From NCBI RefSeq assembly GCF_000372725.1, contig NW_005202303.1, positions 372,001 to 436,000 on the forward strand: a DNA stretch of 64,000 nucleotides, read 5' to 3'. This stretch comes from Emiliania huxleyi CCMP1516. Its lineage: Eukaryota. The translations under genes were made by a program, and so were the position numbers. The first letter of the stretch is position 1; each line of letters opens with the position of its first letter. The notes beneath the pieces are model-generated. The model ran no database searches. It was given only the letters and a program-made list of their open reading frames with translations, and was not told where the DNA came from. Shown one piece after another: positions 58,074 through 64,000 of this stretch.

Positions 58074-58856
58074 CTAGGAGACGAGATCAAGCGGCATGTT
58101 GTCTGGTGCCTCCTGCTGCCCAGCAGGCAGCACAAGCAGCCATACAAGTGAGCTTCTGGGTTGTGTGGCTGCTTGTGCTGCCTGCTCCCTAAAGGTAGCA
58201 CAAGCAGCCACACAAGTCAGCTTTGGGAGCTCTCGGCGACGCCCAATGCGTGCGCCGGTAGGGGGGAGTGTGCGCGCGCATGTGTGAGATGTGGATTGTG
58301 TGGCAGGCCTGCTGCTGCTGATGGGAATTGCTCTGTGTGTGGCGCTGCGCTGGCGTGCGGCGCGCGCGTGCTGTGCGCGTGTGCGTGTTGGATCCGCGCG
58401 TGCGTCTGCGTGTGCTGCGCGCGCGCCGCCGGTGTGTGCTGTGTGCTGTACTCTGCTGTGCGCCTGTTTGTGAGTCTTTGAGGCGCAGGCCTGGCTGGGA
58501 GGGCTGCGCGGTGGGCTGCGACGCGCTGCGGGTGGTTGTGCGCCTGTCTGGTGGTGTGCGGCGGCCGCGCAACCGCCCGACCGGGTCGTCGGCGGCCCAG
58601 GGCGCGAGCATGCGGTCGGCGCTGCATGTGAGGCTGCTGCGCGGCTGGCGCGTATGTTTCCGTGCGATGAGGGACGCGCGTATGTGTTCACGCTGCGGGC
58701 GCGGGCGGGCGCGGGGGGCGGCGTGGACTCACCGCGGTCCGACGCCGGTTGGTCTTCGGCGTGACGTGGGCGGGCGCGCAAAGAGGCCTTGCCGCCATTC
58801 GCGTTGCCGCGAAGGAAAAAAAACTGCGCGAATCAAGTTATAAAAAACGTGTGCCG

Positions 58857-59011
58857 TACTGGACGCTGGAGATCGTCGTGGGTTACTGGTAGGCCTTATT
58901 GTTGTTCAGCCGGCCTAACGTTAGCTACTGTTGTTGGGGAGCCCCACTGTTGTTCTGTTGTTACTGTTAACACTAGCAACACTGTTCAGCTCCCAACGTT
59001 AAACAGCTCTA
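58857..59011 (-). mobile_element. Partial copy of the 43418-47513 hAT family without the nested insertion
   Basis: The reverse complement starts TAGAGCTGTTTAACGTT and reads through CAGTAGCTAACG|TTAGGCCGGCTGAAC, joining the segments at 43418-43510 and 47237-47300. Confidence 0.8.
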
Positions 59012-59553
59012 CGGCGGAGCGCCGCCACTCGAGATTGGGCCTGTGGGTGGGCCGAGTGGTTCCTAGCGTGTGAGTCAGACTCTTAATAAAAATCGCATCT
59101 TTCTAGCCCTCCTCAACCCTCAAAAATTTCCTCGGGGCGCGCTGCGCGCGGCGCTCCGCGCCTGACTCCTTGAGCGTCGTAGCCTCGTAGGCGCTGGTTC
59201 GCACATGTTCTGGCTTCTGCAGCTTGGCACACGGCAATGGCAAATCTGCAATCAATATGACAAAAGAGAAGTTCCCAGAGGCTCGAGAAGTTTTCCGGCT
59301 TCCCCTTCCGCGGCAACGACCAACGTGCGAGCAGCATCAGGTGAGTGAGAGGTGAGAGACTGAGAGCAGAGAGAGAGAGAACGAGCCGCACGCGTGACGT
59401 CTTTTACGAGCCACGCGTAGGGCCTTTAGGGGCCTGACCCTCCCTTTTCTCTGTTGCAAGAATTAAAAGTAAAACGGCCCTTCCAAAGTCCAAAGTTTGA
59501 GTTGGCGTTTGCGTTTCGGCGCGAAGCGCATCGGGACTGACGTGCGAAGCCGG

Positions 59554-60295
59554 ATGCCGTCTGCGCATTCGTGCGGGAGCAGGGGAGGAGAGGGATCACG
59601 CATAATCTTCCTCGACTGTGATGGCGTGTTGTGCTGCAACAGAACAGCTTTGATTGAGTTGGACAAGCTGCAGCGCCTCACCTCCGTCGTGAAGCGCACC
59701 GGCGCATGCATCGTTTTGAGCACAGACTGGCGGAGGTTCCCAGCCTTCAAGTCGACTCTGGTCGAGGCACTGTCACGGATGGGCCTCAAGGTGGTGGGTT
59801 CGACACCGCTGATGGCTTCGCAGCGAGTCCGCCCTCTCGAAATTTCTAGCTGGCTCCGGCGGCGAAATGAGGAGGCGAGGCAGACTTGCTGGCCCTTGCA
59901 TTCAACACTCGCCTGCGTCTGCCAGCGCCCAGCGCCCACCCCCGACCCCCATCTCAACCCTACAGGCGGCCGCCGGCCGAGCCACACCGGTGGTGTCGTG
60001 GGCAGCAATCGATGACCGGCCGCTGCTCGCCGAGAAGGGTGGGATGGACCTTCTGGGCCATTTCGTGCAGACGCGGTGGGCGACGGGGCTCAACCAGGCG
60101 GCAGAAGAGGCGCTCCTCGAGGTGCTGCTGGGGCCTCAGCCAAGGTCGATCCCAAAGACGCCCGTGCCTGTTCCGCTGCCCACCACATCCAAGCAGCGGG
60201 AGGAGTCGCGGGCGATGTCGACGCCGTGGACGTGGGAGACGGTCCTCAAGGCTTGCATCTCTCGTTCCATGAACACCATGTCCACGGTCATGTGA
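59554..60295 (+). CDS. HAD-superfamily phosphatase (HAD_SAK_2-like)
   Basis: IIFLDCDGVL, IVLSTDWR, GSTP..RPLEISSWL and, after a probable GC-AG intron (~59875-59965), WAAIDD..FVQT...GL. Confidence 0.8.
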
Positions 60296-60908
60296 TGCGT
60301 CCCGAGGAAACACATGGGGCTCCTCACCTCTGACTCCGCCACATGACGCCGCATGACGCATGGTCACCTGAGGCGTNNNNNNNNNNNNNNNNNNNNNNNN
60401 NNNNNNNNNNNNNNNNNNNNNNNNNNNNNNNNNNNNNNNNNNNNNNNNNNNNNNNNNNNNNNNNNNNNNNNNNNNNGTCAAGCTCGATCCCACACCTCAG
60501 TCACTAAGGTAAGGTAAGGTAGATTTCTCCACACACACAAAGTGGTGGCTGGGCAAGGGGGGGGCGACCCTCGCATCTCCACGCCCGGACACGGGCAGGA
60601 GCCCCACGGCATTCAAAGTGCAAGCACTGGCCCGGTGCACGTGGGTGAGCAGCCTGCCCCTCCCTCCCGACAAACCAACTCCCGCACACACACAATCGCA
60701 CTCTGCTCTCTGGCCATCGAATGACTCCGAATGACTCTCAGTCACCTCCGCTCTCGGGGCGCTGGGCGGGGGGTGCCGCGCACGTTACCACTAGTGAAGG
60801 GGTGCAGGGTGCACACCCCGGCTGTGCGCCTCCTTTGTTTCATATTTGAGTCACAAACACACACAGACCTGCCTTAACACCTCGGTCCAACGCGCTCGGC
60901 TATGGTCA

Positions 60909-61955
60909 TCACCGCGCGGAGTTTGTCTGCTGCGTCTCCCACCAGCCGCTCTGCTGCCTGCCGATCGCCTCGAGCTGCGCGCGCCGATCCGCGGGGTCTG
61001 CCGACAGCGCCTCTGCAGCGGCCAGCAGGCTGGGCGCCTCCTCGGAGCCGAGCCTGTCAAAGGCCCCTCCGGTTGCGAGCACGGCGTGCGCGAGGGCCCT
61101 CTCCCGCGTCGAGTCGTTTGGCATGCCTCTGTGCTGCAGTCGAAAGTCGAAGAGGATGAGCCCGCCCGCAGGGCAAGCTGGCACCGCCATCTCCGCCATC
61201 GCCGCCGCGTCTCGCTCGAGGAGGTACGAGCGGCACGCGTCGAGCCTCGCCGCCTCGTAACCGAGCCGCTTCCGCTCCAGATGCGAGCCGGGCCAGAACA
61301 TCGTCCCATCGCCGCCCTCTGCGAGGTCGACCAAGGGCACGAAGACGTTGAAGAGGCGGTGCCTCCGGCTCAGCCTCGCGAGTCGGAGATGCGTGTCGCC
61401 CGCGTCGGCGTGGAAGCGCTGCGCCCCTGCGCCGGGGCTGCTCACGATGGCGCCAAGCTGGTCGACCGCCGGGCGAGGAGGGAGGAGCGAAGAGGCTGCC
61501 TCGAGCAGGGCGCGCGACCACGGAGGCGTGTACTCAGGCAGCATCCCGTCGTCCCCGTTTGCGGGCAGCGAGTGGAGCGCCTCCACCACCGGAGCCGCGG
61601 CACCCACCGCCTCCTGCAGGAGCTTCGTCCACGCAGACCGCTGTGTCGGCCTGAGGCTATACCGGCCGCGGTGCCGCTTGTCGATCTCGATCCAGGCGTA
61701 GTCGCTCTCGATTGGGTCCAGCCCAAGCTGGCTCAGCCTGTCGTGGTGGCGAGAGAGCTCCGACGAGACGGCAGCTCGAGCGTCGGACACAAGCTCAGCG
61801 CTCAGGCCGGCGTCCGGGATGACGGTGAAGCCGGCGTCCCGCAGCTCGATGGCGTGCTGGAGCAGTCCGCCGGGCGCCGTCCTCGCAGTGCCGCTAGCGA
61901 GCGCGAGCGCTGCAGAGCTGGTGCTGAGGCAGAGCAGCATGAGGCAGAGCAGCAT
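60909..61955 (-). CDS. Phytanoyl-CoA dioxygenase (PhyH) family Fe(II)/2OG enzyme with signal peptide
   Basis: QRFHAD (HxD), VFVPLVDL, GTMFWPGSH, FDFRLQHRGMPN; hydrophobic N-terminus. Confidence 0.88.
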   Translation of the reverse strand: MLLCLMLLCLSTSSAALALASGTARTAPGGLLQHAIELRDAGFTVIPDAGLSAELVSDARAAVSSELSRHHDRLSQLGLDPIESDYAWIEIDKRHRGRYSLRPTQRSAWTKLLQEAVGAAAPVVEALHSLPANGDDGMLPEYTPPWSRALLEAASSLLPPRPAVDQLGAIVSSPGAGAQRFHADAGDTHLRLARLSRRHRLFNVFVPLVDLAEGGDGTMFWPGSHLERKRLGYEAARLDACRSYLLERDAAAMAEMAVPACPAGGLILFDFRLQHRGMPNDSTRERALAHAVLATGGAFDRLGSEEAPSLLAAAEALSADPADRRAQLEAIGRQQSGWWETQQTNSAR

Positions 61956-62146
61956 CTCGTCGTGGCCCAGGGGTATAGGATATTTCCGGGAAACTTTTGC
62001 CTCATTTTTTCTTTTTCACGGTGTACTCGTCTGGAAACCAATTGCACGCCCTCTCCGACACGGCGACCATGACGGGATAGGTAGGGGCAGGGCCCCGCGT
62101 TGGTGTCCAGTAAGTCCGAGCTGCCAGGCTGTTCTTCCTTCGCCTT

Positions 62147-62254
62147 TCTTGAGCACTTGAGCACTGGATGGGGTCGATTCCGCGTGGTACGGGACCCCTC
62201 GATCGTCTCGCCCTCCCTCACTGATGTGTTCATTGGGGGGGGTCATAACAAACA
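62147..62254 (-). repeat. Dispersed repeat family D copy
   Basis: Reverse complement of 32473-32593. Confidence 0.85.
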
Positions 62255-62312
62255 CGGTACAGGATCGAGGTGCACGCTGCTGGAGCAGTGTCGTCCCCCC
62301 TCTCCCCGACGG

Positions 62313-62520
62313 CCAAGCTGCAGAAACAAGCTTTCAGTGCCTACAAGTGTAGGCACTGGATTATCGTGCGCGCGGAGCGCGCTGGTGCTACCCGGACACA
62401 CGCGCGGAGCGCGCTAGCTGGACACACGCGCGGAGCGCGCTAGCTGGACACACGCGCGGAGCGCGCTAGCTAGACACACGCGCGGAGCGCGCTGGCTAGA
62501 TACCGCGCGGAGCGCGCTGG
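62313..62520 (+). repeat. Repeat family E copy 2 followed by ~26-bp tandem palindromic units
   Basis: Hairpin CAGTGCCTAC-AAGT-GTAGGCACTG, then GACACACGCGCGGAGCGCGCTAGCTG about 5 times. Confidence 0.85.
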
Positions 62521-63159
62521 CACCTATGTGCGCGGCAGCGCACCGCGGTACCGGTAGAGTCTAGACACATGAAGACAGTCTGTTGCAGTCAGTTGTGGCC
62601 ACGCTGCTTCGAAGCTGGCCTGACGTCGTAGCACGCGTCTGGCAGACGCTGTGTCTCTGCCTCGCTCGACCTCAAAACCCGCGAGCTATATGGGTGGTCC
62701 TGACGTCGACAGACGCCCGAGGACCACGGTGAAGCTGAGCCGGAACGCGTCGACAGGTCTCGTCTGAGCCCGTGGCGGTCGCCGGCTGAGTCGCTGTGCA
62801 CGGAGGACCGGTACCTCAGGCGTCACCTCCGCAGCCTCAGGTCTCACACTCCATCACCTCCGACGGGACGCCGTCGGTGGCACGCTCGGCGGCGAGTTTG
62901 TGTCCGCTACATCTCGAGTACGGCGTCGAGCCTACCCACTCCAGTTCAAACACACCATACCACGCAAAAAGTGGAACCCTTTATCGCCGTGCAGCTTTGC
63001 CAATGTGGCGAGGGGGTGGAGGAGGGGGCGGAGGCCCGAGGTCCCGCTCCCCGCCAGACGACCGGCTCTCCAAGCGGCAGCGTCGCGCGCGGAGCCGGAG
63101 CCGCAGCCCGGGCGGCGACGGCGAGGGCGGCGCGTTGCGTCACTTCCAGGAGCACAGCG

Positions 63160-64000
63160 CAAAGCCGGGCTTCAAGAAGCTGCACCACCCGGAGCGGGTC
63201 GCGGAGGAGCTGCTCGCCTTCCGCGAGGCCGCGCGCCGCAGCCTCCGCCAGCTGGTCGCCGAGCTCAAGCAGGGCTCGCTGCTCGGCCCGAGACTCGCGG
63301 CCGCGCCCTCCAGCGCTCTCGGCGCAAACGGCGAGAAGCGGCGGTCAGAGGCGGAGAACGGGGAGGCGGATGAGTCGGGTGGCGACGGCGAGGCCCTCCC
63401 TGACGCGGCGCCTCCCGCCGCCGAGGACGGCGGCGCGCCGCTCCAGCTCCGCCCCGCCGCGCCGGCCGTCGGCAGCGTCGTGGTGGACGGCTTGACGCCG
63501 GGCTCGCTGACTCCGATGCTGCCGGCGCTGTACTCCGCCCTCGCGGGGGGGGGGGAGGGCGCGGCCGCCGAGGGGAGCGGCCTCACCGCCATCGCCGCGG
63601 CGGAGCCGATCGGAGCCGATCGCGACGGAAGCGGCGAGGGCGCCGGCTCGCTCAAGCTGCGGCTGTGGGCGGGGTACGCGTCGGGAGGCGCGGCGAGGGC
63701 GGCGGCGAGGGCGGCGCAGGAGCTGCCTCAGCTGGCGGAGCTGGCGCCGAGGGCGGCGCTCGTCAAGGCGGTCGAGCGCGTGCCGCCCCTGCTGCGCACC
63801 GCCCTCCCCCCGCAGCGGTCGGCCGCGGCGCTGCTGCCGCCGCTGCGAGAGCTCTGCGCGGCACTCGCGGCTCGGGCGGCGCTTCCGACGGCGGAGGAGG
63901 CGGCGGAGGAGGCGATCGGGCGCGAGGCGGTCGAGGCGCTGCCGTGCGAGTCTCGCCTCCACCTCCTCCTCCTCTACCTTCGCCGCGTCCTCGCCTTTGA
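63160..64000 (+). CDS. Partial hypothetical protein (Ala/Leu-rich)
   Basis: Frame KPGFKKLHHPERVAEELLAFREAARRSLRQLVAELKQG has strongly GC3-biased codons. No family recognised. Confidence 0.35.

Overview
Very GC-rich eukaryotic genomic DNA with short spliceosomal introns (many with GC donors), microsatellites and five 100-N scaffold gaps. The composition suggests a haptophyte such as Emiliania/Gephyrocapsa huxleyi (inference only). Host genes I can support: an atypical cytochrome P450, a THUMP-domain RNA methyltransferase, a GYF_2/RRM/UHM HTATSF1-like splicing factor, a secreted sulfatase, a RING protein, a tandem-duplicated CobW/COG0523 GTPase, a cupin, a GNAT, an extended SDR (DenD-like), a HAD_SAK-type phosphatase and a PhyH dioxygenase. 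The most striking element is a DIRS/Ngaro-like retrotransposon (~20.9-28.9 kb). Its pol ORF fuses a C5-cytosine methyltransferase-like domain and a DUF4326-like domain to RT-RNase H, lies in frame behind gag across a single TGA, and is followed by an array of eight conserved hairpin units. Also notable: a 4.1-kb hAT-type element (perfect 19-bp TIRs, 8-bp TSD) holding a nested piggyBac-like insertion with chromodomain and Cys-rich cargo; two large foldbacks built around one 42-bp palindromic core; tandem 36-nt microexons each encoding a KHxxxCxCxxC motif; and several MITEs and dispersed repeat families. All protein calls come from recognising motifs by eye; no database searches were run.
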